From contig JASFEA010000006.1 in the NCBI GenBank assembly GCA_050125095.1, positions 1-45,990 of the forward strand: DNA of 45,990 nt, in the 5' to 3' direction. Every line of letters starts with the position of its first letter. Position 1 is the stretch's first letter. The position numbers and the translations under genes are program-made. Positions 18,483 to 26,786 of the stretch are shown one piece after another. Below the pieces are notes generated by a model, which saw nothing but the letters and a program-made list of their open reading frames with translations, was not told where the DNA came from and searched no databases. This DNA comes from a bacterium. GTDB taxonomy: Bacteria > Arandabacterota > Arandabacteria > Arandabacterales > JALGWA01.

Positions 18483-19067
18483 ATGGTCATCACCAATGTC
18501 AGGGTCTCGCCCGTGGAGAGACAGCGTGTACTTGGCTTTGCGAGCGTAACGCTCTGTGATTGCTTCGTGTTGCGCGCCATGCGCATTGTCGAAGGCAATA
18601 AGCGCAGGTACGTGGCCATGCCCCGTAGGTATTCGAAAGAGGGGCAGGTCTTTGAGGTGTTTCATCCAATCGGCAAGGAGGCAAGGGATACTCTCGAGCG
18701 CGTGGTATTCGACGAGTATACCCGGCAGATTCGCGGCGAGGCAGGCGTTCCCGAGAAGGCCGTGATCGGATCCAACTGTCCGGACTTCCGGATCACATCG
18801 GTGAAGGTGCGCCCTTTTGAGGAAGTGAAACTGCGGGGATTCGCGTCTCTGGTTATTGACGACTGCATCGCGATAACCGGCATCAAGATAATAGAAGGGC
18901 GGAAACGCGCTTTTCTTCAGATGCCCAACGCCCGAAAGAAGTCAGGCAAGTTTTTTGACCTTGCATTTCCGATAAGTTCAGATATAAGAGATATGATCGA
19001 GAAGGCCGTTCTTTCGGAATTCAGCGATCAGGCCGAGGGCGTAGGTCTGGAGCGAAGTGCCGGCTAG
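18483..19067 (+). CDS. spoVG: SpoVG-family protein with two tandem SpoVG domains
   Basis: Two copies of IT.V.V..GFAS..DDC/CDC..I.EG..MP..G.F..PI; between ispE and tRNA-Gln/prs. Confidence 0.85.
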   Translation: MVITNVRVSPVERQRVLGFASVTLCDCFVLRAMRIVEGNKRRYVAMPRRYSKEGQVFEVFHPIGKEARDTLERVVFDEYTRQIRGEAGVPEKAVIGSNCPDFRITSVKVRPFEEVKLRGFASLVIDDCIAITGIKIIEGRKRAFLQMPNARKKSGKFFDLAFPISSDIRDMIEKAVLSEFSDQAEGVGLERSAG

Positions 19068-19070
19068 CGG

Positions 19071-19145
19071 TGGGGCGTCGTCAAGTGGTTAAGACACAGG
19101 GTTTTGGTCCCTGCATCGGGGGTTCGAATCCTCCCGCCCCAGCCA
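19071..19145 (+). tRNA. tRNA-Gln (anticodon TTG)
   Basis: Acceptor TGGGGCG/CGCCCCA, anticodon arm CAGGG-TTTTGGT-CCCTG, GGTTCGAATCC T-arm, encoded CCA. Confidence 0.95.
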
Positions 19146-19226
19146 GTTTATGCCAGCCGACCAGCCTGGTACCGATTCCCGCAGGACAACGGAGGATGCG
19201 ACAAACGGAGAAAGGACTCAACCCAG

Positions 19227-20150
19227 ATGAAGATCTTTGCCGGACGGGCTAACAGAGCTCTAGCGGAAGAAATGGCTCAGTTCCTGGAAACAGAACTCGG
19301 CGACTGCGAGATAACGCAGTTCTCGGACGGGGAAATCTTCGTAAAGATCAACGAGAACGTAAGGGGCGTGGACGTGTTCATCGTCCAGCCCACTTTCCCG
19401 CCCGCGGAGAACCTCCTGGAGCTTCTCATAATGATCGACGCGGCGAGCAGGGCGTCGGCTTCGCGCATCACCGCGGTGCTGCCCTATTACGGCTATGCCA
19501 GGCAGGACAGGAAAGACCAGCCGCGGGTCGCCATCAGCGCCAAACTCGTGGCGAACCTGATCACCGTGGCGGGCGCCAACAGGGTCCTGACCGTGGATCT
19601 CCATGCGGGCCAGATACAGGGATTTTTCGACATTCCGCTTGATCATCTGTTTGCGTCACCGGTTATTATTGATTACTTTAAAGGACTCGAAATCAAGGAC
19701 CTGACTGTGGTATCCCCGGACATGGGCAGCGTGCAGATGGCGAGGGCCGTAGCGAAGAGGCTGGAGGCCCCCCTGGCGCTGGTCGACAAGAGGCGACCCA
19801 AGCCAAATGTCTCGGAGGTCATGAACGTGATTGGTGAGGTCGAAGGCAGGAACCTTATAATCCTGGACGACCTTGTTGATACAGGCGGCACGATTGTCGA
19901 GGCCGCCGCCGCGCTCAGAGCAAAGGGCGCAAAGGAAATATACGTAGGTTGCACTCACGGCATTCTCTCGGGGAATGCGCTTGAGAGGATACAGAAATCC
20001 CCGATAACGGAGCTTGTCATCACGAATACCGTCCCTCTGGCGGACGGCAAAAAGGCTGACAAGGTCAGGATTCTGTCGGTGGCGCCGCTCCTGGGCGAAG
20101 CCATCAGGAGAATCCACAACGGCGAGTCCGTGAGTTCTCTATTCAATTAG
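19227..20150 (+). CDS. prs: Ribose-phosphate pyrophosphokinase
   Basis: FSDGE, PYYGYARQDRK, DLHAGQIQGFF, VVSPD, DDLVDTGGT. Confidence 0.97.
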   Translation: MKIFAGRANRALAEEMAQFLETELGDCEITQFSDGEIFVKINENVRGVDVFIVQPTFPPAENLLELLIMIDAASRASASRITAVLPYYGYARQDRKDQPRVAISAKLVANLITVAGANRVLTVDLHAGQIQGFFDIPLDHLFASPVIIDYFKGLEIKDLTVVSPDMGSVQMARAVAKRLEAPLALVDKRRPKPNVSEVMNVIGEVEGRNLIILDDLVDTGGTIVEAAAALRAKGAKEIYVGCTHGILSGNALERIQKSPITELVITNTVPLADGKKADKVRILSVAPLLGEAIRRIHNGESVSSLFN

Positions 20151-20178
20151 ACTCGGATGTCAAGAACGGGAGCATGTC

Positions 20179-20871
20179 ATGGCAACAGCGGAGCTTAAAG
20201 CAAAACTGAGGGAAGAGACCGGCAAGGGCGTGGCCCGCAGAATAAGGCAGGGCGGCAATGTCCCGGGTGTGCTTTACGGAGAAGGGCATGACCCGGTTGT
20301 GCTTGAGGTCAGCTTCAAAGACTTCTATCACGTGACCCATACCAGAGCCGGCGGCAATGTCATACTGGACCTGACGATCGACGGTACGAAGAGACCCGGT
20401 TGCAAGGCCATCATTCGCGAGATACAGTATCATCCCGTCAGAAGGGACGTGCTGCATGTCGATTTCCAGGAGATATCCATGTCCAAGAAGGTCCACGTCA
20501 ACGTCCCCATAAAGATTCTGGGCGAGGCGATCGGCGTCAGGACCAAGGGCGGAGTGCTGGAGGTTCTCCACAGGGAAGTGGAGGTCAGGTGCCTTCCGGC
20601 CGATATCCCGGAGAACCTGCCCATAGAAATAACCGATCTCGATGTCGGCGATTCCCTGCAGGTCAGAGACCTCACGTTTGCGGACGGTGAGATCATCGAC
20701 GAGCCCGAGACGACCGTCATCACCATCGTCGCCCCGACCGTAGTGGAAGAGAAGCCCAAGGCGGAAGAGGAAGAGGCCGTTGAGGGCGAAGAGGCCGAGG
20801 AGGCGAAGGAAGGCGAAAAGAAGGAAGGGGACAAGAGGGAATCGGAGGCAGAGGCCCCTTCGTCGGAGTAA
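20179..20871 (+). CDS. rplY: 50S ribosomal protein L25 (Ctc long form)
   Basis: GKGVARRIR..VPGVLYG, QYHPV..LHVDF, acidic tail. Confidence 0.95.
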   Translation: MATAELKAKLREETGKGVARRIRQGGNVPGVLYGEGHDPVVLEVSFKDFYHVTHTRAGGNVILDLTIDGTKRPGCKAIIREIQYHPVRRDVLHVDFQEISMSKKVHVNVPIKILGEAIGVRTKGGVLEVLHREVEVRCLPADIPENLPIEITDLDVGDSLQVRDLTFADGEIIDEPETTVITIVAPTVVEEKPKAEEEEAVEGEEAEEAKEGEKKEGDKRESEAEAPSSE

Positions 20872-20877
20872 CCTGAC

Positions 20878-21444
20878 TTGGCTGCTGTGCTCGGGCTTGG
20901 CAATCCCGGCGATCAGTATTCGGGTACGAGACATAACATCGGCAAGAATACCGTCATCGGTCTTATCGAGAGGCTCGGTCTCGGGCTCGAGGCGGGACGC
21001 GGCGAGTTCGTCTTCGCAAGGGATCCCAACAGCGATCTCATTCTTGCCCACAATACCACCTATATGAACCTGAGCGGCATCAGCGCGGTCGACATCGTGG
21101 ATGGATTCGAGCTCCGGCCCGACGAACTCCTCGTGGTTTGCGACGACTTCAATCTGCCGTTCGGGAGCTTGAGAATCCGGCGGAGCGGCAGTGACGGCGG
21201 CCACAACGGGCTCAATTCCATTATCGCCCAGCTCGGCACGGAGGAGTTCCCGCGGCTCAGGATAGGCATAGGCCCCGTTCCCGAGGGAGTCGACGCCGCC
21301 GATTTCGTGCTGTCCGAATTCCCGGCGCGCGAGCGCGAGCACCTTAAGGAGATGGCGGCGGCCGCCGGTGAGGCCCTGCTGGCCGTCTTCCGGGACGGTC
21401 TGGACCGGGCGATGAGCGTGCACAACAGGAGGCTTCTGGAGTAA
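20878..21444 (+). CDS. pth: Peptidyl-tRNA hydrolase
   Basis: GLGNPG..TRHNIG, TYMNLSG, GGHNGL, RLRIGIG; TTG start. Confidence 0.95.
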   Translation: MAAVLGLGNPGDQYSGTRHNIGKNTVIGLIERLGLGLEAGRGEFVFARDPNSDLILAHNTTYMNLSGISAVDIVDGFELRPDELLVVCDDFNLPFGSLRIRRSGSDGGHNGLNSIIAQLGTEEFPRLRIGIGPVPEGVDAADFVLSEFPAREREHLKEMAAAAGEALLAVFRDGLDRAMSVHNRRLLE

Positions 21445-22538
21445 TGGAGATTGGCCTGGTGGGACTTCCCAACGTGGGCAAATCCACGCTCTTCAACGCG
21501 CTGGCCAGAGCCAGCGCCGACGCCAGCAACTATCCGTATTGCACCATCGACCCCAATATAGCGGTCGTGGAGGTTCCCGACGAGCGGCTGGACAGGCTGG
21601 GCGGGCTTCTCAACCCGGAGAAGCTCACGCACCCGCTTCTCAAGTTCGTAGACATCGCCGGCCTCGCGCGCGGAGCCAGCAAGGGCGAGGGTCTGGGCAA
21701 TATGTTTCTTTCACATATTCGCGATGTGGATGCGGTGGCGCATGTGGTGAGGTGTTTCGAGGACCCCAGCGTGGTCCATGTAGAAGGCGAGATCGACCCC
21801 GTTCGGGACGTGGAAGCCGTCGAGACCGAGCTCTTCCTTTCGGATCTGGAGGTCGTGGACAGGAGGCTCTCGAAGATATCCAAGATCGCCAGGTCGGGCG
21901 ACGCGAAGGCCCGCAAGGAGGCGGAGTTTCTCGAGGGCGTCAGGGCGAGCCTGGATGAGGGAAAGGTCTTTGACGCCGGGCACCTGGAAGACCCGGACCT
22001 TGAGCATGAGCTGGGCGGGCTGAGACTCCTGACCTCGAAGCCTTCGCTTTTCGTGGCCAATGTCGGGGAGGACGCGGCCTCGGCCGCTACCGCCGAATGG
22101 GTGGCCCGGCTGGAAGCGCTGGCCGGGAAGCGCCGGGCGGCGGTTCTTCCGGTGAGCGCCAAGCTCGAGGCCGAGTTCGCTGAACTCCCGCCGGAAGAGG
22201 CGGCCCCGCTCCTCAGGGCCTTCAACTTCGACCAGTGCGCCCTGGACCGCTTCGTTAGAGCTTGCTATGGTTTGCTTGAGGTGATAACATTCTTTACTAT
22301 CAAGGGTGAGGAAACCAAGGGGTGGACTGTAAGTAAGGGTACGGGCGTGAGGAAGGCGGCGGGGAAGATCCACACCGACATGTACGATAAGTTCGTCTGT
22401 GCGGAAGTGGTGGCATTTGATGAACTTATGTCCTCCGGAAGCATGCAGAAGGCGCGGGAAAATGGGCTTGCCCGAACCGAGGGCAAGGAATATATAGTAA
22501 GAGACGGAGATGTCATACTGATCAAGTTCGGAAGGTGA
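21444..22538 (+). CDS. ychF: Redox-regulated ATPase YchF
   Basis: GLPNVGKSTLFN, CTIDPN, DIAGL..GASKGEGLGN, AAGKIHTD, EGKEYIVRDGD. Confidence 0.96.
   Translation: MEIGLVGLPNVGKSTLFNALARASADASNYPYCTIDPNIAVVEVPDERLDRLGGLLNPEKLTHPLLKFVDIAGLARGASKGEGLGNMFLSHIRDVDAVAHVVRCFEDPSVVHVEGEIDPVRDVEAVETELFLSDLEVVDRRLSKISKIARSGDAKARKEAEFLEGVRASLDEGKVFDAGHLEDPDLEHELGGLRLLTSKPSLFVANVGEDAASAATAEWVARLEALAGKRRAAVLPVSAKLEAEFAELPPEEAAPLLRAFNFDQCALDRFVRACYGLLEVITFFTIKGEETKGWTVSKGTGVRKAAGKIHTDMYDKFVCAEVVAFDELMSSGSMQKARENGLARTEGKEYIVRDGDVILIKFGR
22262..22300 (+). promoter_or_regulatory. Two staggered sigma70 promoter candidates inside ychF, upstream of rpsF
   Basis: TTGCTA(22262)-17-TAACAT(22285) and TTGCTT(22272)-17-TACTAT(22295). 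Confidence 0.55.
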
Positions 22539-22550
22539 AAGGGGTGGATT

Positions 22551-22886
22551 ATGAGAGAGTACGAGACCATCTTCATTCTGGATCCCAACCTGGGAGAGAA
22601 CGAGGTAAAAGAAGAAGTCGAAAAGGTCCAGAGCGTCATTACGGGGCTTGACGGAGAGATTCTGGATGTGGAGGCCTCAAGCAAACGCAAGCTGGCTTAT
22701 GAGATACAGGGTAAGACCGAGGGCATTTATACTCACATCAAGTTCAAGTCGAAGCCTGCGAGCATCGGCGAGATAGAGCGGGTTTACAGGCTCAATGAGA
22801 GAGTGCTCAGGCATATCGTTGTAACCTGCCCTGAGCGCGGCAAAGGAACGGACTCCCCGGAAGAGCAGGAAGCTGTCGGTCAATAG
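22551..22886 (+). CDS. rpsF: 30S ribosomal protein S6
   Basis: MREYETIFILDP, KRKLAYEI, VLRH. Confidence 0.95.
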   Translation: MREYETIFILDPNLGENEVKEEVEKVQSVITGLDGEILDVEASSKRKLAYEIQGKTEGIYTHIKFKSKPASIGEIERVYRLNERVLRHIVVTCPERGKGTDSPEEQEAVGQ

Positions 22887-22922
22887 TCTGTCGGGGGTTT
22901 AAGAGTGACAGGGGGGCGAAAG

Positions 22923-23354
22923 ATGGCGGACATTAGGTTGCCTGAAGTTAACAAGGTCATAATGACCGGAAGACTCACGCGCGACCCGGAGCTGCGGCGC
23001 ACGGCCAGCGACAGGGCTGTGACGCAAATGGGTATCGCCTCGAGCCGGAGGTATAAGGCCCGGGACGGCGAGTGGAAGGAGATGACCGCCTTCGTGAACG
23101 TGGTGGCATGGGGCAGACAGGCGGAGACCTGCGCGGAGTTCCTTCGCAAGGGAAGCGCTGTGTTCGTGGAGGGAAGACTCTCAAGCAGGAGCTGGGAAAC
23201 TCAGGACGGTCAGAAGAGAAGCACCATAGAGGTCCAGGCTGACAGGATCCAGTTCCTTGACCGGATCGCCAAGCCCCAGGTCCCGGAAGACGAGTTCGTG
23301 GAGACCGGCGGCATGGCCGGGATGTCTGATAGCGATGATGATGTGCCTTTCTAG
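22923..23354 (+). CDS. ssb: Single-stranded DNA-binding protein
   Basis: NKVIMTGRLTRDPELR, VVAWGRQAE, VEGRL, C-terminal DDDVPF. Confidence 0.97.
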   Translation: MADIRLPEVNKVIMTGRLTRDPELRRTASDRAVTQMGIASSRRYKARDGEWKEMTAFVNVVAWGRQAETCAEFLRKGSAVFVEGRLSSRSWETQDGQKRSTIEVQADRIQFLDRIAKPQVPEDEFVETGGMAGMSDSDDDVPF

Positions 23355-23378
23355 CATGAATCCGAGGAGGTAAGCAAA

Positions 23379-23609
23379 GTGGCTAGAGATTACAGACGGA
23401 GGAAGGTCTGCTTGTTCTGCGTCGATAAGATACCCTACATCGACTGGCGGGACGAGCGCAGGGTTTCCCGGTACATTACCGACCGGGGCAAGATCGTGCC
23501 GAGGAGGATCTCCGGGGTGTGCGCAAAGCACCAGCGCCAGCTGACGACGGCGATCAAGCGGGCGAGGCACCTTGCACTTCTGCCTTTCACCTCAGAGCAG
23601 TTCAAGTAA
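23379..23609 (+). CDS. rpsR: 30S ribosomal protein S18 (Zn-binding form)
   Basis: [31 protein letters not shown]. Confidence 0.97.
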   Translation: MARDYRRRKVCLFCVDKIPYIDWRDERRVSRYITDRGKIVPRRISGVCAKHQRQLTTAIKRARHLALLPFTSEQFK

Positions 23610-23624
23610 GAGGAAGGGAACAGA

Positions 23625-24074
23625 ATGGAAGTCATTCTAATCGAGGACGTTAAGAACCTGGGTAAGGGCGGCGAGAAAGTCCAGGTAAAGGACGGCTACG
23701 CCAGGAACTACCTGCTGCCCAGGAGACTCGCCCTGCCGGCGACCGCCAGCGGCCTTAAGATGCTCAAGGAAGAAGAGAGAAGGAAGGCCGTTAGGGAAGT
23801 CAAGATGCAGCGTGAGGCCGAGGAGGTCGCCAAGGCGCTGAACCAGATTTCCTGCACGGCGGAGGTTGAGGCCGGAGAGGATGACCGCGTTTTCGGGGCC
23901 GTGACCAGCGGCGACATCGCGGAGCTTCTCAAGAAGCAGGGCTACGACATTGACAAAAAGAAGATAATCCTTGAAGAGCCGCTCAAGGCCCTGGGCGTTT
24001 ACACGATTCCGATCAAGCTGCATACGGACGTGGAGGCCCGCGTGAAGGTCTGGGTCGTCAAGAAAGCGAGCTGA
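23625..24074 (+). CDS. rplI: 50S ribosomal protein L9
   Basis: MEVILIEDV..LG, VKDGYARNYLLP, FGAVT, KLHTDV. Confidence 0.97.
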   Translation: MEVILIEDVKNLGKGGEKVQVKDGYARNYLLPRRLALPATASGLKMLKEEERRKAVREVKMQREAEEVAKALNQISCTAEVEAGEDDRVFGAVTSGDIAELLKKQGYDIDKKKIILEEPLKALGVYTIPIKLHTDVEARVKVWVVKKAS

Positions 24075-24090
24075 GGAAGGGGGGCTAGCC

Positions 24091-25743
24091 TTGCAGAGGA
24101 GTGGCGTAACGCTACTGATTGTTATCGCGATAGCCTGTGTTTGGCTCGGTTGCGCGAAGGAGCCCGAAGAGGGAGTCCTGGCAAAGGTCGATGGCACCGC
24201 AATAACCGAGGCCCAGCTGGAGGAGAGGGTGGAGGGAATGCCGGCCTATATGCGCCAGCAGTTCGATTCACCCGACGGCAAGAAGCGCCTGCTCGATGGC
24301 CTTATCGAGGAAGAGCTGTTCTACAAGGACGCTAAGGCCACCGGTCTTGATAAGAGGGAGGACCTCAGGGCCGAGGTGGACAGGATAAAGCGGAACGTGC
24401 TCCTAAGGCATTACTATGACAAGGTCATAGAGATCCGGAGCGCCGTCGCCGATTCCGAGCTCGTGTACTACTACGAACAGCACCCTGAGGACTTCAGAGT
24501 GGGCCAGGGGGATTCGATCCGCCCCTTCGCGGAATGCAGAGAGGACATACACTCCCGGCTGTCCTATATGAAGCGCAGGCAGGTGCATGATGACCTTCTG
24601 GACGAATTCAAGGCCAAGTACGGGGTTTCAATGGCTGCCGACAGCGTCATCATGGCCGAGGTGATTGACCCTGACACCGAGCTCGCGAGGGTTGAAGGTC
24701 AGGCCATCAAACAGGCGGACCTGGACGAAAGACTCAATGCCATGCCGCCGTACATGCGCGAGCAGTTTAAGACTCCGCAGGGCAGGATGCGATTGCTTGA
24801 AGGCGTCGTGGAAGAGGAAATCTTCTATAGAGAGGCCAGGGCTACGGGCCTTCACAAGCAGGCGGACTACGAGAAGGAAATCGAGAGAGTCAGGAGAAAC
24901 ATACTCGTCAAGAACTACTTCGACAAGGTAGTTCAGGAGCGCAGCGAGCCCACAGAGGAAGAGATAGTCCAGTACTACGAGGACCACAAGAACGAATTCA
25001 GCTACAACGAATACGTAAGGGCGAGCCACATACTGGTCCCAACCGAGGAAGACGCCCGGAGAATCGGGCGGGAGCTTGACGCCGGGGGGGACTTCGGTGA
25101 GCTGGCGGCGACCTACTCAATCGACCCCATGAGCAGGGGCGACGGCGGACGCATACCCCATGTGATACTCCCGCAGCAGGGAATCCAGGGCCTCGGCCAG
25201 CTCCCCGAGTTCACCAAGGCCTGCTTCAGCATGGAGGCGGGAGAAATCAGCGCGCCCGTCAAGACGGCCAAGGGTTACCATATCATACGCGTGGACGAGC
25301 GCGGCGCCGACTACCTGCTGCCCCTCGATGAGGCGAAGCAGGACGTCATTTCGAGGCTGAGGATGGAGAAGCGACAGAACGTCCAGGGCACGCTCGTGGC
25401 CGAGCTGAAAACCAAGTACAATGTAGTCTACGTCACCGACCTCGGGACGCTTTCGCCGGAGGACCTCTTCAGGCTCGCCAGCGAGGCGAGCAACCCGCGG
25501 GAGAAGATCCGCTACTACGAGCAGTTCCTCCAGGATTATCCGGACAATGAACGTGCTTATGAAGCCAAGTTCATGATTGGCTTTACCTACGCCGAAGACC
25601 TCAGGAATCACGCCGAAGCCGAGAAGGTGTTCAGGGAGTTCCTCGAGCAGTATTCGGACAGCGACCTCGGCGACGATGCGAGGTGGATGCTTGAAAACAT
25701 GACGTCCGGTGAGCATCCCGAGTTCGAATCGGAGGAGAGTTGA
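24091..25743 (+). CDS. PrsA/SurA-like lipoprotein foldase: duplicated chaperone module, one parvulin domain, C-terminal TPR-like region
   Basis: Lipobox WLGC, VRASHILV, FGELAATYS, PVKTAKGYHII; internal ~85-aa duplication; FLEQYSDSDLGDDARWM. Confidence 0.82.
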   Translation: MQRSGVTLLIVIAIACVWLGCAKEPEEGVLAKVDGTAITEAQLEERVEGMPAYMRQQFDSPDGKKRLLDGLIEEELFYKDAKATGLDKREDLRAEVDRIKRNVLLRHYYDKVIEIRSAVADSELVYYYEQHPEDFRVGQGDSIRPFAECREDIHSRLSYMKRRQVHDDLLDEFKAKYGVSMAADSVIMAEVIDPDTELARVEGQAIKQADLDERLNAMPPYMREQFKTPQGRMRLLEGVVEEEIFYREARATGLHKQADYEKEIERVRRNILVKNYFDKVVQERSEPTEEEIVQYYEDHKNEFSYNEYVRASHILVPTEEDARRIGRELDAGGDFGELAATYSIDPMSRGDGGRIPHVILPQQGIQGLGQLPEFTKACFSMEAGEISAPVKTAKGYHIIRVDERGADYLLPLDEAKQDVISRLRMEKRQNVQGTLVAELKTKYNVVYVTDLGTLSPEDLFRLASEASNPREKIRYYEQFLQDYPDNERAYEAKFMIGFTYAEDLRNHAEAEKVFREFLEQYSDSDLGDDARWMLENMTSGEHPEFESEES

Positions 25744-25769
25744 GCCCCGGAGCCCCCAGAGCGGTCGAG

Positions 25770-26243
25770 ATGAAGGTCTGGCGACTGGCCCTCGACGAGA
25801 GAACAGACACCCCGGTGGTCATGCTTCAGGAAGCCGACGGGGAAAGGCTGCTGCCCATATGGATAGGACGCGCCGAGGCCAGGGCCATAGCCATGGAGCT
25901 TGCGGGCAGGAAATTCCAGCGCCCGCTTACTCATGATCTAATCAAGACCATCATCGACGGCCTGGACGGCGCGGTGGCCAAAATCACCATAGTGGAATTG
26001 AAGGACAGTACCTTCTACGCCAAGATCTTCATTCAGAAAGCCGACGAGATCGTCGGAATAGACGCAAGGCCGAGCGATTCTATCGCCATAGCTCTGCGCA
26101 CGCGCTCGCCGATATTCGCGGCCGAGGAGCTCCTTCAGCCGCAGCCCACTCCCGACAACCTGTCGGAGGACGAGAGGGCGGAGGCTCTGCGCAAATACCT
26201 GGAGGAGATGGACCCGGAGGACTTCGGCAAGTCTGCGTTTTAG
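25770..26243 (+). CDS. Bifunctional nuclease family protein (DUF151)
   Basis: LPIWIG..EA.AI, RPLTHDL, FYAKI, DARPSDSIAIALR. Confidence 0.9.
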   Translation: MKVWRLALDERTDTPVVMLQEADGERLLPIWIGRAEARAIAMELAGRKFQRPLTHDLIKTIIDGLDGAVAKITIVELKDSTFYAKIFIQKADEIVGIDARPSDSIAIALRTRSPIFAAEELLQPQPTPDNLSEDERAEALRKYLEEMDPEDFGKSAF

Positions 26244-26268
26244 GGAGAGGCAGTGTAAGGGAATTAGA

Positions 26269-26781
26269 ATGGACTGGAAGAAGAACCTCCGCGAAAAACC
26301 GGTGCTCGGCGAAAGCGTCTATATCTCGCCAACGGCCTGTCTAATCGGGAAGATAAGCATCGGTGACCACTCGAGCGTCTGGCCGAACGTATCGGCGCGC
26401 GGTGACGTGAACTTCATCGAGATCGGGCGGCGGACGAACGTACAGGACAACACCGTTCTCCACGTGGACGCAAACCCGCTCATTATGGGCGACGACATAA
26501 CCGTGGGCCACGGATGCATACTTCACGGATGCACGATCAGGGAAAGGTGCCTCATAGGCATGGGCAGCATCGTACTGGACGGGGCCGTGATCGGACCCGA
26601 CGCATTGGTGGGCGCCGGTTCACTGGTCAAACAGGGAGAAGTCGTCCCGCCGGGGACGCTCTACCTCGGGATCCCGGCCAGGCGTATACGCGATCTCACC
26701 GATGAGGAAATCAAGTCCATACGGGCCTCGGCCGAGCACTACTCGGAGTATGCGCTTGAGTATCTCAAGCAGTCACTCTAG
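26269..26781 (+). CDS. Gamma-carbonic anhydrase family hexapeptide-repeat protein
   Basis: RGDVN.I.IG..TNVQDNTVLH, TVGHGCILHGC, LIGMGS. Confidence 0.9.
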   Translation: MDWKKNLREKPVLGESVYISPTACLIGKISIGDHSSVWPNVSARGDVNFIEIGRRTNVQDNTVLHVDANPLIMGDDITVGHGCILHGCTIRERCLIGMGSIVLDGAVIGPDALVGAGSLVKQGEVVPPGTLYLGIPARRIRDLTDEEIKSIRASAEHYSEYALEYLKQSL

Positions 26782-26786
26782 GCGCG

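Noticed and set aside
19071-19145. tRNA as an integration site
   Set aside because: No duplicated 3' end or integrase seen; the flanks are core genes
19070-19252. ORFs over the tRNA and the N-terminal extension of prs from 19104
   Set aside because: The region is tRNA-Gln; prs starts at ATG 19227
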